Assembly (NCBI GenBank): GCA_965217865.1
Contig: CBDCJO010000002.1
Coordinates: 1,760,001-1,824,000, forward strand
Source of the DNA: Candidatus Latescibacterota bacterium
Lineage (GTDB): Bacteria; Latescibacterota; UBA2968; SICM01
Direction: 5' to 3'
Length of the DNA: 64,000 nucleotides
Made by a program: the position numbers and the translations under genes. The notes beneath the pieces were generated by a model. It had not been told where the DNA came from. It ran no database searches and saw only the letters and a program-made list of their open reading frames with translations. Shown in pieces: positions 1-13,690 of the stretch (positions are counted from its first letter, which is position 1; each line of letters starts with the position of its first letter).

Positions 1-1
1 C

Positions 2-2638
2 ACAAATCTGATTCTGGTCGGTACGGCACGAGGCACAATAACGGGTCTGGACGGGACCTTTGAGATGCGGATGGCTCCTGGCGCCTATACGCTGCAGGCA
101 AGCTTTATCGGCTACCAATCCGCGAAACAATCCGTGGTGGTAACCACCGGGGACACGGTCACGGTCGAATTCGAGATGACAGAAAGCGCGGTGCCGGGGG
201 ATGAGTTTGTGGTCGTGGGGTCCAGGACAGTGCGCACCGCTCTGGAAACGCCAGCTCCTGTCGACATCATCTCTGAACGCGAGATCCATGGCTCCGGCGA
301 AACCGAGATCAACCAGACGTTGCGCCATCTGGTCCCCTCCTTCAACGTCTCCCACCAGACCATCTCAGACGGCACCGACCATATCAACCCCGCCAGCCTG
401 AGGGGCCTGGGTCCCGACCAAGTGCTGGTCCTGATCAACGGCAAGCGCCGTCACGCCAGTGCCCTGGTGCACGTCAACGGCACCTTCGGTCGGGGCACGG
501 TCGGTGTGGACCTGAACGCGATTCCCAAAGCCGCCATCGCCCGCGTCGAGATCCTGCGGGACGGGGCTGCATCCCAGTACGGCTCGGACGCCATCGCCGG
601 AGTGGTCAACATCGTTTTGAAGTCGAGCGCCGAGGGGATCCGGGTCAACAGCCTGCTGGGCACGACGGGCGAGGGGGACGGTGACCAAGTCAAGGTCGAT
701 GTGAACACCGGCTTCTCCTTTGGAGAAGGCGGCTATGTCAACGTCACCAGTGAGTTCCTCGACCGTGGTCGCACCACCCGCGGCGGCCTGTATACGGGGA
801 AGATCTACGCCGACGGCATCGAAGACGAGACCATGCTGAACGCCCGTGGACAGACGCGCGAGGACTTCTCCATGAAGATCGGCCAGAGCAAGGCCACGGT
901 GGGCGCGGCCTTCTACAACGCGGTCTACCCGTTGACCGACGGCGCCCAATTCTACAGCTTTGGTGGACTGTCGCACCGCCGGGGAAAGGCCGCCGGCTTC
1001 TACCGCCTGCCACGCCAGGAGGAGCGGGTGGTGTTTGCGCTCTATCCCGACGGCTTCCTGCCCGAGATCAATCCGGAGATCGAGGACCGCTCGTTCAGCG
1101 CAGGTCTACGCGGGCCCAAGGGGGCATGGGACATCGACTTCAGCATGACCCGGGGCGGCAACAGCTTCCAGTTCAACATCGAGAACACCAACAACGCCTC
1201 AATGGGGACCGCCAGCCCCATCTCCTTCGACGCCGGTCGCCTCAGCTTCGACCAGATCTCGGGCAATCTGGATCTGGTACGGCCCTTGGAAACGGGGGCT
1301 GTCGAGAGAGCGACCCTCGTGCTGGGGAGCGAGTTCCGCGTCGAGAACTACCGGATCGAGGCCGGCCAGTTCGAGTCCTATTCCTTGGGCAACGGCGACC
1401 CCGGCGACATCGCCAAACTGACTGCCGGGGTCGATTACGACACGACGGCCAGCGGCAGTCTCAAGGCGGCTGGGTCGCAGGTCTTCGGCGGATTCCGGCC
1501 GGCCAGTGAGGTGGATCGCTTTCGCCACAGCATCAGTGCCTACGCCGGCCTGGAAAACCAGGTGTCGAAGCGCCTGACGGTTGATCTGGGGGGCCGGTTT
1601 GAGCAGTACAGCGATTTCGGCAATACGGCCACCGGCAAGGCGGCCCTGCGTTACGAAGTGAGCGATGAGGTGGCCCTGCGTGGCACCGTCAGCAACGGCT
1701 TCCGCGCCCCCTCCCTGCACCAGGTCTGGTTCAACAACGTGAGCACGCAGTTCTTGGTGGACGAGGAGACCGGCGAGCTGGTGCCCCAGGAGGTGCTCAC
1801 CGCCCACAACAAGAGCGCGGTCACCAAGGCCTTCGGCATTCCGGCGCTAACGGCAGAGACGTCGGTCAATCTGAGCGGGGGAATCACCGCTCGACCCGGT
1901 GACAGTTTTTCGATCACCGCGGATTACTACCAGATCGCCATCAACGACCGGATCGTGCTGACCAGCCGCTTCTCGGCCAGCAATGCGATGTACGGCGCGA
2001 TTCTGGAGCCTTTCCGGGGTGCGGGGGTGACCCAGGCCCAATTCTTTGCCAATGCGGTGAACACCTCAACCCGCGGCGTGGACCTGGTGGCCTCGTACGC
2101 CACTGGCCTGAACGCGGGTATGCTCGAACTGTCTGGGGCGGCCAACTTCACGAGAACGACAGTCGACGGGATCAATATCTCCGAGGTGTTCATCGCGGCC
2201 TTCCGGGAGGCCAATGGCCGGGATCCCGACGCGGACGAGCACGATGTCATCAAGAATACCCTGTTCAATCGGGAAGAGAAAAACCGGTTCGAGGATGCCT
2301 TGCCGAAGGCCAAGCTCAGTCTCTCCGCACGCTACACCCAGGGTCGCTTGAGCGTACTGGGTCGAGCCACGCGCTACGGCCCGGTCGCGTACAAGCCGAT
2401 CAACGCGGACAACGACGAGATCTTCTCGGCCAAGACGCTGGTCGATATGGACCTGTCCTGCGACCTGCTGCCGGGTGTGCGCCTGTCGGTAGGGGCCAAC
2501 AATCTGTTGAACACCTTCCCGGACCCACACCGAAAGAGCGCGAACATCGGCTCGCGTGGTTTCGTGTACAGCCGTCGCGTCACCCAGTTCGGCGTCAACG
2601 GCGGCTTTTATTATGTGCGTTTGCGGTTCGGTCTTTAG
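2..2638 (+). CDS. TonB-dependent receptor with N-terminal carboxypeptidase-regulatory-like domain (5' end outside window)
   Basis: Frame open from the window start; plug motifs VVVGSR, SLRGLGPDQVLVLINGKRRH, RVEILRDGAASQYGSDAIAGVVNIVLK; GFRAPSL; amphipathic C-terminal beta-strand. Confidence 0.95.
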   Translation, partial: TNLILVGTARGTITGLDGTFEMRMAPGAYTLQASFIGYQSAKQSVVVTTGDTVTVEFEMTESAVPGDEFVVVGSRTVRTALETPAPVDIISEREIHGSGETEINQTLRHLVPSFNVSHQTISDGTDHINPASLRGLGPDQVLVLINGKRRHASALVHVNGTFGRGTVGVDLNAIPKAAIARVEILRDGAASQYGSDAIAGVVNIVLKSSAEGIRVNSLLGTTGEGDGDQVKVDVNTGFSFGEGGYVNVTSEFLDRGRTTRGGLYTGKIYADGIEDETMLNARGQTREDFSMKIGQSKATVGAAFYNAVYPLTDGAQFYSFGGLSHRRGKAAGFYRLPRQEERVVFALYPDGFLPEINPEIEDRSFSAGLRGPKGAWDIDFSMTRGGNSFQFNIENTNNASMGTASPISFDAGRLSFDQISGNLDLVRPLETGAVERATLVLGSEFRVENYRIEAGQFESYSLGNGDPGDIAKLTAGVDYDTTASGSLKAAGSQVFGGFRPASEVDRFRHSISAYAGLENQVSKRLTVDLGGRFEQYSDFGNTATGKAALRYEVSDEVALRGTVSNGFRAPSLHQVWFNNVSTQFLVDEETGELVPQEVLTAHNKSAVTKAFGIPALTAETSVNLSGGITARPGDSFSITADYYQIAINDRIVLTSRFSASNAMYGAILEPFRGAGVTQAQFFANAVNTSTRGVDLVASYATGLNAGMLELSGAANFTRTTVDGINISEVFIAAFREANGRDPDADEHDVIKNTLFNREEKNRFEDALPKAKLSLSARYTQGRLSVLGRATRYGPVAYKPINADNDEIFSAKTLVDMDLSCDLLPGVRLSVGANNLLNTFPDPHRKSANIGSRGFVYSRRVTQFGVNGGFYYVRLRFGL

Positions 2639-2779
2639 CGGTCACGCTGTGGGATGTTGCGACGCGAACAAATACCGCCACCCTAAGGCATACGGATGCA
2701 GTCGAATCCGTGTCGTTTTCCCCCGATGGGACGCTGCTCGCTTCCGGGTCAAAAGATGGCATTCAGTCCACATCTCTTC

Positions 2780-2926
2780 TTAACTCCTTCCCCCACCGGT
2801 AGCAGTCTGCTCCGTCACCCCGGTCCGCTTGCACATCTGCCTCACCCTAGGCTCCTGGGCCAGACCCACCTCCGGCTCACGCAGATCGATGATGATCCGT
2901 TCCAACGCAAACAGCTTCCTCGCCAT
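2780..2926 (-). pseudogene. IS3-family OrfA remnant
   Basis: Hand translation MARKLFALERIIIDLREPEVGLAQEPRVRQMCKRTGVTEQT, then frameshifted YRW-KE; upstream GAAGGAGG RBS; resembles IS3/IS407-group OrfA N-termini. Confidence 0.7.
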
Positions 2927-3039
2927 CTCTTCCCTCCTTCCTCAAACAGGAAGATCTGAAACGGCGTAAGTGACTCGGAGCCGGAGGATAAAGTCTCAGC
3001 CGTGAACGTCAACCGCTCGAGTCGAGGGGGGGGGTAAAA

Positions 3040-4161
3040 GTGTTCAGGGATCGACTTTGTGAAACCGTGCGCTACTACGGAAAGTGGATGCGTAACGAGG
3101 CCGAAAAGCGGATCGGCCACCTGTATCCGAAGATCGCCGTCACGAAGGAAATGGTGGCAGAGCGGCCGGACTTGGAACGGTACAAAGGCCGCAAGCTGAG
3201 AGTGATCGCGTGGCTGTGGGCGAGGACGGTGAAGAGCCCGAACCCGGCCTTTGGTGATGTGGACGTGCCGCTGGCCGCTACTTTCATGCTGTCGACGAAA
3301 AAAGGCAAAGAGGCGTATGTCGAACCGGTAATAGAGGACCGCGGGTATCGGTTTGCGGTGAAGGCGGGAGCGCTCCCGGATACGGCGGCGGCGGAGGCTG
3401 GGACGAAGCTGTCGCGGGGGGCGAATTTCGGTGCGTGATGTCGGGAACGCCGATTGCAGGTGACTACATCAAGGCCGAGAGCAAGGCTAGCCGGATGGGC
3501 GTGCGGTTGATGGCAATCGTGGCCGAGGGCGACCGAGGCCGGGTGTATCTGTCGCCGACGCAGGTGCACGAGATGACCGCGCACACGACGAAATCGGAGC
3601 GGAAGCCAGAAAGCGAGCTTGTTGGCAAATGCCGAGACCAGCTGCTGCTCTACGGCATGAGTACCTTTGCAGAACTCTTCACCCCGCGCCAGTTGGTGGC
3701 GCTGATGACGTTTTCGGATCTGGTGGCCGAGGCACGGGCCGAGATCGAGCGAGACGCGCTGGCCGCAGGCAGCTCGGAAGACACCCGACCCCCGCTGCGC
3801 GACGGGAGCGCCGGCGCAACAGCGGAGGCGGTGGGCGCCTTCCTAGGTCTAGCGGTTGGTCGAAGTGCGAACTATTGGTCATCGTTGACTCCATGGGGAG
3901 GAGATTTCATCGTCCAGACGTTCGGACGCCAAGCGATTCCCATGGTTTGGGACTATGCAGAAGGGAATCCGCTGTCATCTTCCACAGGCAACTGGACAGG
4001 AGCACTGGAGTGGATTGAGGAGGTCATTTCAAGGGCCTTGCCCGCACTACAAGAAGGCCAAGCAATTCAGTGTTGACGCCCAGATACATTCGATAAGTAA
4101 GGACAAGCTCGTTTCCACCGACCCACCGTACTACGACAACAAGTGGCATCCAAGGGATTAA
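3040..4161 (+). pseudogene. DUF1156 adenine-specific DNA methylase, internal fragment with two frameshifts
   Basis: [65 protein letters not shown] and STDPPYYDN, spread over three frames. Confidence 0.88.
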
Positions 4162-4168
4162 TACCTGC

Positions 4169-4709
4169 TGATATGACCAGGGAAAAGTGGACAGTGGTTT
4201 AAGCCGCTTTCTTCAGCGATAGCCGTTCAAAAAGGGCCGGGGACACGTAGTCCAGGTAAGCGTGCAGCCGCTGATTGTTGTAAAACATTTCGATGTACTC
4301 GAAGAGTTCGCGCTCTGCATGATCGAGGTCGATCAAGTCGACGTGATACAGCCATTCGGTCTTCAAGGTTTTGAAGAATGACTCGGAGACGGCGTTGTCC
4401 CAGCAATCGGCCTTCTTGCTCATGCTTTGAACAAACTGATGCGCGCCGACGGCCTTTCGGAAGCCATCGCAGCAATACTGAATACCTCGATCGGAATGAA
4501 TCATCAGATTCGGCTGCGGTCTGCGTTGCCATACTGCGCGTGACAGGGCCGTGAGTACCGTTTCGTGCGCCAGCGAGGTGCTGACGCACCAGCCAACCAC
4601 GCGACGTGAAAACAGGTCAATGAATACAACCAGATACAGCCATCCCGATCGACTGGACAAATACGTGATATCGCTGACCCACACTTCGTTGGGACGACCC
4701 GCGTCAAAG
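4169..4709 (-). mobile_element. IS3-family element, 3' part (integrase core 4199-4684), truncated by a second IS3
   Basis: WVSDITY, HSDRGIQY, CWDNAVSESFFKTLKTE; terminal-IR-like TGATATGACCAGGGAAAAGTGGACA at 4169. Confidence 0.88.
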
Positions 4710-5280
4710 TGGAGTTACCCCGGTTTAGCGGACGGTTTATCAGTTGCGATTCAGTCGGCTGCAAGGGCGACATCGCTGGAGGTCTTCTCGAAGTTCATTG
4801 GAGAGAGATATCCGAGTGCTGAGTGTCGCCGATGGAGGTTGTACCAGCCCTCGATGTATTGAAATACGGACTCCGGGCTTCGGCCTGTGTGCGGTAGTTT
4901 CGGCGATCCAGGCGTTCGCATTCAAGCGTGGCGAAGAAGCTCTCGCATAATGCGTTGTCGTAGCAATCACCGGTGGAACCCATAGAGGGCCGGACACCGG
5001 CCTTGCGGCACCGTAGACCGAAGGCAATGGAGGTGTACTGACATCCTTGGTCGGAGTGATGGATGACGGCTTCCGGCTGTCGTTGCCAGAGCGCCATATT
5101 CAACGCCTCGAGCACCAGCTCGGCGCGCAGATGGGTCGCCATCGCCCAGCCAACGACGCGGCGGCTCCAGGCGTCCACAACGACCGCGAGATACAGGAAG
5201 CCGGCCCACTTACTGATGTAAGTGATGTCGGCTACCCAGAGCTGATCAGGCCCGTTAGCCGTGAAATCTCGATTGACCAG
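4710..5280 (-). mobile_element. IS3-family partial copy, near-identical to part of the 24901-26166 element
   Basis: IR TGGAGTTACCCCGGTTTAGCGGAC at 4710; HHSDQGCQYTS, CYDNALCESFFATLECE; sequence matches ~24901-25468. Confidence 0.9.
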
Positions 5281-5401
5281 AAAAGCATCCGGGAAAGAGG
5301 CTATTCCACGAGCCGAAGCTGTTCTCTTGGGTGGCTAGCGAGCTATGTAATTCAATATCTTTTCAATCTGTAACGAAGTTATCGGGGGACTGACATTTTG
5401 A

Positions 5402-8275
5402 ATGGAGGATCCAATGCGATGTAGGTTGATCGCCGTGTTGTGGGTGCTGTATGTTGGTATGTGGCCGGTGGAAGCCGAGGGGAAAGGCGTGTTGAGGGGG
5501 AAGGTCGTGGACGATCGGGGAAAGGTTTTGCCCGGGGCGACTGTTGTGGTGCAAGGGCCTGCGCTTTCCCGGCCGACGGGCGCGATCGTGAGTTCTCAAG
5601 GCGCGTATCGCATTGAATTGCCGGCAGGCACCTACACCATCGGGGTTTCGTTTGTGGGTTACGGTAAGGTTGAAGGCACCAATGTGGTGATCGATTCGGG
5701 GGCCACCGTGACGCTGGATTTCACCCTTGTTGCCGAGGCTCTGATGGGACAACAAATCGTGGTATCGATCTCGCGAAGAAAGGAGAAGGCGCTGGATGCG
5801 CCGGCTTCTGTGGCGGTGGTCGATGCGGCTGACATCAGGGACCGGCAGGCCCTTTCGATCGGCGACTATGTGAAAGCGATGCCGGGCGTGGACCACTCCA
5901 AGACGGGGTTGGCGCAGAACAATACGGTGATCCGGGGGTTTAACAATGTTTTTTCGGGGACGGTCTTGATGCTGGTGGACAACCGGATCGCCCGGGTGCC
6001 TTCGTTGCGAGTCAATGCCAACCATTTTATTCCTACCACGGGAGAGGATATCGAGCGCATCGAACTGGTGTTGGGGCCGGGGTCTGCGCTTTATGGGCCC
6101 AACAGTGCCAACGGGGTGATGCATATCATCACCCGGTCTCCTTTCGGGTCGGAAGGCAACTCGATTTCGGTTTCAGGTGGGGAGCGAAGCTTGCGAAAGG
6201 TATCTCTAAGGCATGCCAGCAGCTTTGACAACAAGATCGGGATTAAGATATCCGGTGAGTACTATGCTGGAAATGATTGGAAGTATGTCGATCCGGTGGA
6301 AGTCCAGGCCCGGGGATCCAACCCGCGAAACTACGATATGGAACGCCAATCCGGTGAGGTGCGACTGGATTTTCGGCCCAGAGATGAGTTGATGTTGATT
6401 GCAACGGGGGGATATACCAGAACAACCAACATTGCGTTGACCGGACAGGGCGCCGGACAGGCCGACGATTGGATCTACTCTTTTGCGCAAGGCCGGCTGC
6501 TTTACAAGGGCTTTTTTGCCCAGGTTTTTTACAACAAAAGCGACGCGGGCGAAACGCGATTGCTCAGGACGAACAGTCCGATCGTGGACAAATCGTCGCT
6601 GACGGTGTTTCAGCTCCAGCACAGTGCCGGTCCGGGAACGCGGCAGCAGTTTACTTATGGAGTCGATGCGTTGTGGACCCGGCCGAAGACCGGCGGAACG
6701 ATCCACGGGCAAAATGAAACGAACGACGATGTTAACGAATACGGCGTTTACCTTCAGAGTGAGACGAGCCTGAATGATCGGGTGGACGTGGTTTTAGCCG
6801 GACGGGTGGACGAGCACAATCACGTTGAGGATCCGGTCTTTTCGCCCCGGGCGGCTCTGGTTTTCAAGCCCGGTCCGGCGCACACCTTGCGGTTTACGTA
6901 CAACCGGGCCTTTGGTACCCCTTCGAGCCTGAATCTGTTTCTGGATCTGGTGGCCAGCCCGGATGCGTTTTCACTGGGACGGAACTTCAGTCCGTCGCTG
7001 GGGTTCAATCCGGCGGTTGATGTGCGGACCCAGGGGTCTACGGAGGGGTTCACGTTTCGGCGGGATGGAAACGGGTTACCGATGTTCCGGTCGTCGTTTG
7101 CGCCGGTTGCAGGGTTGTCCAAATCTCACTATTTCCCGTTGCACGATCCCCAGTTCACCAATGTGATGTGGAGCGTTGGCCGTGCGGCTGTACTGGCTCA
7201 ATTGGTGCCACAGCTGACCCAGGTGGCCACCGGCACAATGACACAGCAGATGGTTGCCGCCGGTTTGCCGCCCGATCAGGCACGAGCTCAAGCTGCGCAG
7301 CAAGCCGCAGGGCTGGCGGCTGTTTTTTCAGGCATTGTGCCGACGGTGTTGACGGGGCTCCAAAATGCGGTGGCAAAATTGAATCTGCAAACTACGGAAT
7401 TTGATCCGGTAGCGAGTCTGCCCAATGCCGTCATGGATCTCAAAAGAATTGATCCGACGATCACCGAGACGTTTGAAGTAGGTTACAAGGGGGTGGTGCA
7501 GAACAAGCTGATTCTGGCTGCCGATTTCTACCGGACCCGAATCCGGGACTTCATAGGGCCGTTGCGGATTGAAACCCCCAATGTGTTTTTGGAACCGGCG
7601 TCCTTGCGCGCAGCATTGTCAACAGCATTTGGTCAAGCGCTGCAGGACCCGGCAAACGCTCGACTGGCAGAGGCTCTGGCGGCGCTGGATGCGCCCGCAC
7701 TGGGTGGAAATGGCAATGGGTCGGTGGCAGACGAACTGACCACAACGTTTACGACCAATACGGCGAGAATCCCGTATGGGACCATCACCGCCGAGCAGGC
7801 AACCGATCCGGTGGCCGTGATGCTGACCTATAGAAATTTTGGTCAGGTGACGATCTACGGTGCGGATCTGGCCTTTGCCTATTATCCCGACGATGCCTGG
7901 ACGGTTACGGGAAATTTTTCGTATGTTAGCGAAGATCTGTTTCCAAATCTGGACAACCTTGGGGATGTTGCGTTGAATGCGCCCACTCGGAAATTCAACC
8001 TTGGCATCGAATACAAAGTGCCCAATACCCGTTTGAGCCTGGGTGGGGAAGTGCGTTATCGAGGGAAATTCCCGATGAGTTCGGGCGTGTTTGTCGGACC
8101 TGTGGATTCTTATGCGGTGGTGGATGGGAACGCCACCTACGAAATTCCTATGGGGCAGGCGCGTGTGACGTTGAGTTTGGATGCCAGCAACCTTCTGAAC
8201 CGAAAATATCGGTCTTTTGTGGGGGCGCCGGAAATTGGACGGCTGGTGTCGGCAGGATTGGCGGTTCGTTTCTGA
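5402..8275 (+). CDS. TonB-dependent receptor with signal peptide and carboxypeptidase-regulatory-like domain
   Basis: Signal peptide; LRGKVVDD..LPGATVVV; IERIELVLGPGSALYGPNSANGVMHIITR; C-terminal Phe. Confidence 0.95.
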   Translation: MEDPMRCRLIAVLWVLYVGMWPVEAEGKGVLRGKVVDDRGKVLPGATVVVQGPALSRPTGAIVSSQGAYRIELPAGTYTIGVSFVGYGKVEGTNVVIDSGATVTLDFTLVAEALMGQQIVVSISRRKEKALDAPASVAVVDAADIRDRQALSIGDYVKAMPGVDHSKTGLAQNNTVIRGFNNVFSGTVLMLVDNRIARVPSLRVNANHFIPTTGEDIERIELVLGPGSALYGPNSANGVMHIITRSPFGSEGNSISVSGGERSLRKVSLRHASSFDNKIGIKISGEYYAGNDWKYVDPVEVQARGSNPRNYDMERQSGEVRLDFRPRDELMLIATGGYTRTTNIALTGQGAGQADDWIYSFAQGRLLYKGFFAQVFYNKSDAGETRLLRTNSPIVDKSSLTVFQLQHSAGPGTRQQFTYGVDALWTRPKTGGTIHGQNETNDDVNEYGVYLQSETSLNDRVDVVLAGRVDEHNHVEDPVFSPRAALVFKPGPAHTLRFTYNRAFGTPSSLNLFLDLVASPDAFSLGRNFSPSLGFNPAVDVRTQGSTEGFTFRRDGNGLPMFRSSFAPVAGLSKSHYFPLHDPQFTNVMWSVGRAAVLAQLVPQLTQVATGTMTQQMVAAGLPPDQARAQAAQQAAGLAAVFSGIVPTVLTGLQNAVAKLNLQTTEFDPVASLPNAVMDLKRIDPTITETFEVGYKGVVQNKLILAADFYRTRIRDFIGPLRIETPNVFLEPASLRAALSTAFGQALQDPANARLAEALAALDAPALGGNGNGSVADELTTTFTTNTARIPYGTITAEQATDPVAVMLTYRNFGQVTIYGADLAFAYYPDDAWTVTGNFSYVSEDLFPNLDNLGDVALNAPTRKFNLGIEYKVPNTRLSLGGEVRYRGKFPMSSGVFVGPVDSYAVVDGNATYEIPMGQARVTLSLDASNLLNRKYRSFVGAPEIGRLVSAGLAVRF

Positions 8276-8641
8276 ATCGCAGAGGGCCGACGATCTCCTC
8301 GGCCCGACCCCGGGAGGTTATGCTTGATGCAGCCAACGGGCTGGGAAATTGAATGGTAATTATCACTGCTGTCCAAGATAAATCAGAATGGGCCTTTTTT
8401 GGACAAGTAAGTGACTGTTTTTACACAATGCCCTCTGGCAGACTGAAATCCAGGTTGCACTGGCCAAAGATGCTGTCCAAAAGCTGGATGGTCCGAAAGA
8501 TCGGGCCTTTCATTGCACAACACATCCCGAAAAGCTGGGATTCAGGCGATTCGAAGAGGACCTAGCGGTTCGGGCACGGTCTTTGATCGCCTATCTGATC
8601 CAAATGCTGTCCAAAGAAAAAACCGATTTTGGACAGGTATG

Positions 8642-8663
8642 GGTAATTATATACTTGACAAAG
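8642..8663 (+). repeat. Solo IS1595-type terminal inverted repeat
   Basis: GGTAATTATATACTTGACAAAG, two mismatches to the MITE left end at 49410; no partner end found nearby. Confidence 0.6.
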
Positions 8664-8906
8664 TGATAATGAACCAAACGTGTTTGGTCCATTCCTCAAG
8701 GGATGCTTCGTATAGATCAACTCCCGTTTTTGATCACGATCCGCTTGAATTCAACCATATCCGACTTGATTTCAGCAATCTTCTGCAGCACCAGAAGAGA
8801 TAGTGGCTCAAAACAATATTATCAGAATACAGATCCTCGATTTCCTGCGAATCGCTTATGAAGAAGAGGAAGATGGTTACACAGATCTAAACCGGGAGAT
8901 TTGGTT

Positions 8907-11627
<2,721 letters not shown>

Positions 11628-11799
11628 TGTGAAAATTTCAAGCTGGATCCTGAGCTGCCCTGCAGCGAATTCGTCGTCCAGGGAACCGGGCTGCGACTGT
11701 TCTTCTACCCCGGCGGCCACCCTGGGTTCCCTGCGCAACGACCGCTTCTGGCGCAATGCGTGCACCTTCACGCTGCAAGACCCATGCCTGGATTCTACA

Positions 11800-11960
11800 C
11801 TAGTGAACCGTCAAGTTAGAGACGCGGGATAAAGATCTGTATTTTTGAGCAGTTTTGTCGTATGCTCTCCGTATCTCCCCCCAAAAGGAACAAGGAGAGC
11901 GAAGTGCCGAAGAAGAGATACATCGTGACGCTGACGGCTGAGGAGCGGTCATATCTGCGT
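11800..11960 (+). mobile_element. IS630-family 5' end remnant
   Basis: Begins at CTAG; GTG start giving MPKKRYIVTLTAEERSYL, typical of IS630 transposase N-termini. Confidence 0.6.
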
Positions 11961-12224
11961 GGTCTGGATGGGCCGGCAAGGGGAAAGGGCTACCTGTGGG
12001 AAGCGTTCTTCTCTGCATGGGATAGCTACCTGGAGGACGACTCGGACGATGTTTCCAAGCCGAACGCGCACATATCTCCCCCTTCAAAGCGTGACACCGT
12101 GACATATGTTGAAAAACAAGGAGTTGTGAGTGTTTCAAAGCGTGACATGGATGGTACGATGTCACGCTTTGATCCCCCCAACACTGCGGCGACATCTACG
12201 GAGGATGACATCGAGGCGTTCGAT

Positions 12225-12683
12225 GAACGCGCGGGGATCATGGAGCATGAGGGTGGAATGACTCGCGAGGAAGCCGAAGCTCGGGCTCTCGAGATGCTCG
12301 ACCCCGATCACGAGTGAGGTCCCGGGCCGCAAATCCACGGGACCGGGACCTTCTCACTTCGCCCACGTGCCGTCTGTACCGTGCCGCCCGTTTTGTGGAG
12401 GTCGCGCCCCCCCCCTTTCCCGGATTCAGAAAGAAAGTCGCACACGGGCCGGATCTGTGCCCTCAACGCTGCCTCGAGGTCGAGCCACTGTCTCGCCACT
12501 GGACCCACGCCAGAAATCTCCCAACGGAATCAAATTCCACAAGTTGTCATCCCTCAATCGCCATGAGCCACCCTGCGCCCTCAAAACCTGGCGATCTGTT
12601 TCCCGGAGAAGGACATGAAAGGTCGGAGGCGGTCGCCACTGTCGCACACGGACAGACGGCAAATTGGGGGCGACAGCCGAGCC
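12225..12683 (+). repeat. ~460-bp direct repeat, copy 1 (encodes ERAGIMEHEGGMTREEAEARA tail)
   Basis: Near-identical to 13094-13551 with a few small indels. Confidence 0.95.
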
Positions 12684-12904
12684 CCCACTGGGGTTCGGGG
12701 TTCCATGCCCAGGTCTGGCAGAACACCGCCCGGATCAAACCCCTCGTAAAGCACCTGAGCCGCATCGTATTCAAAGCGCACAGACCATAATTCCCAATTC
12801 TAATTTGGAGGGATTGGAGATATGCGCCGATACACCCGTTTTCTCGTCGCTCATCTGCTTTTTGTGCTGTTCCTGTCGTGCGTCTTTCCCATCTCCCTCC
12901 TTTC

Positions 12905-13093
12905 ACAGAAGGACGCCCGGGAGACCGGGACCGGCAGATAGAACGGGACCTGGGATTATACCAGGGGGCGATCCGGCGCTGGCGTGATGAGCTGGAGGCA
13001 GACCCGATCGATGCGTTCCCAGGTACAGGTCACCAGAAGCCTTTGGAGGAGGAGAGCCGCTGTTTACGTCGAGAGCTTGACATCGCGCGGGAA
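12905..13093 (+). pseudogene. IS3-family OrfA fragment
   Basis: IERDLGLYQGAIRRWRDEL..DAFPGTGHQKPLEEESRCLRRELDIAREER. Confidence 0.75.
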
Positions 13094-13551
13094 GAACGCG
13101 CGGGGATCATGGAGCATGAGGGTGGAATGACTCTCGAGGAAGCCGAAGCTCGGGCTCTTGAGATGCTCGACCCCGATCACGAGTGAGGTCCCGGGCCGCA
13201 AATCCACGGGACCGGGACCTTCTCACTTCGCCCACGTGCCGTCTGTGCCGTGCCGCCCGTTTTGTGGAGGTCGCGTCCCCCCCTTTTCCCGGATTCAGAA
13301 AGAAAGTCGCACACGGGCCGGATCTGTGCCCTCAACGCTGTCTCGAGCTCGCCACTGACCCACGCCAGAAATCTCCCAACGGAATCAAATTCCACAAGTT
13401 GTCATCCCTCAATCGCCATGAGCCACCCTGCGCCCTCAAAACCTGGCGATCTGTTTCCCGGAGAAGGACTTGAAAGGTCGGAGGCGGTCGCCACTGTCTC
13501 ACGCCATAGTCCCACACGGACAGACGGCAAATTGGGGGCGACAGCCGAGCC
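13094..13551 (+). repeat. ~460-bp direct repeat, copy 2
   Basis: Near-identical to 12225-12683. Confidence 0.95.
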
Positions 13552-13690
13552 ACGACAATCCAGCCCCCACAAAACGGCTTTATAACAGCCAAGAAGTAGA
13601 TGAATGTTCCTACTACCTATTGACATTTAAAACGAGCGTGCCGAATGTTTGTTATCTCCCCGGTCCGTTCGCTGTGGGAGGAGGATCGGC

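Noticed and set aside
12225-13551. CRISPR array or LTR-like element
   Set aside because: Only two long copies, no short repeat-spacer periodicity, no cas or RT genes
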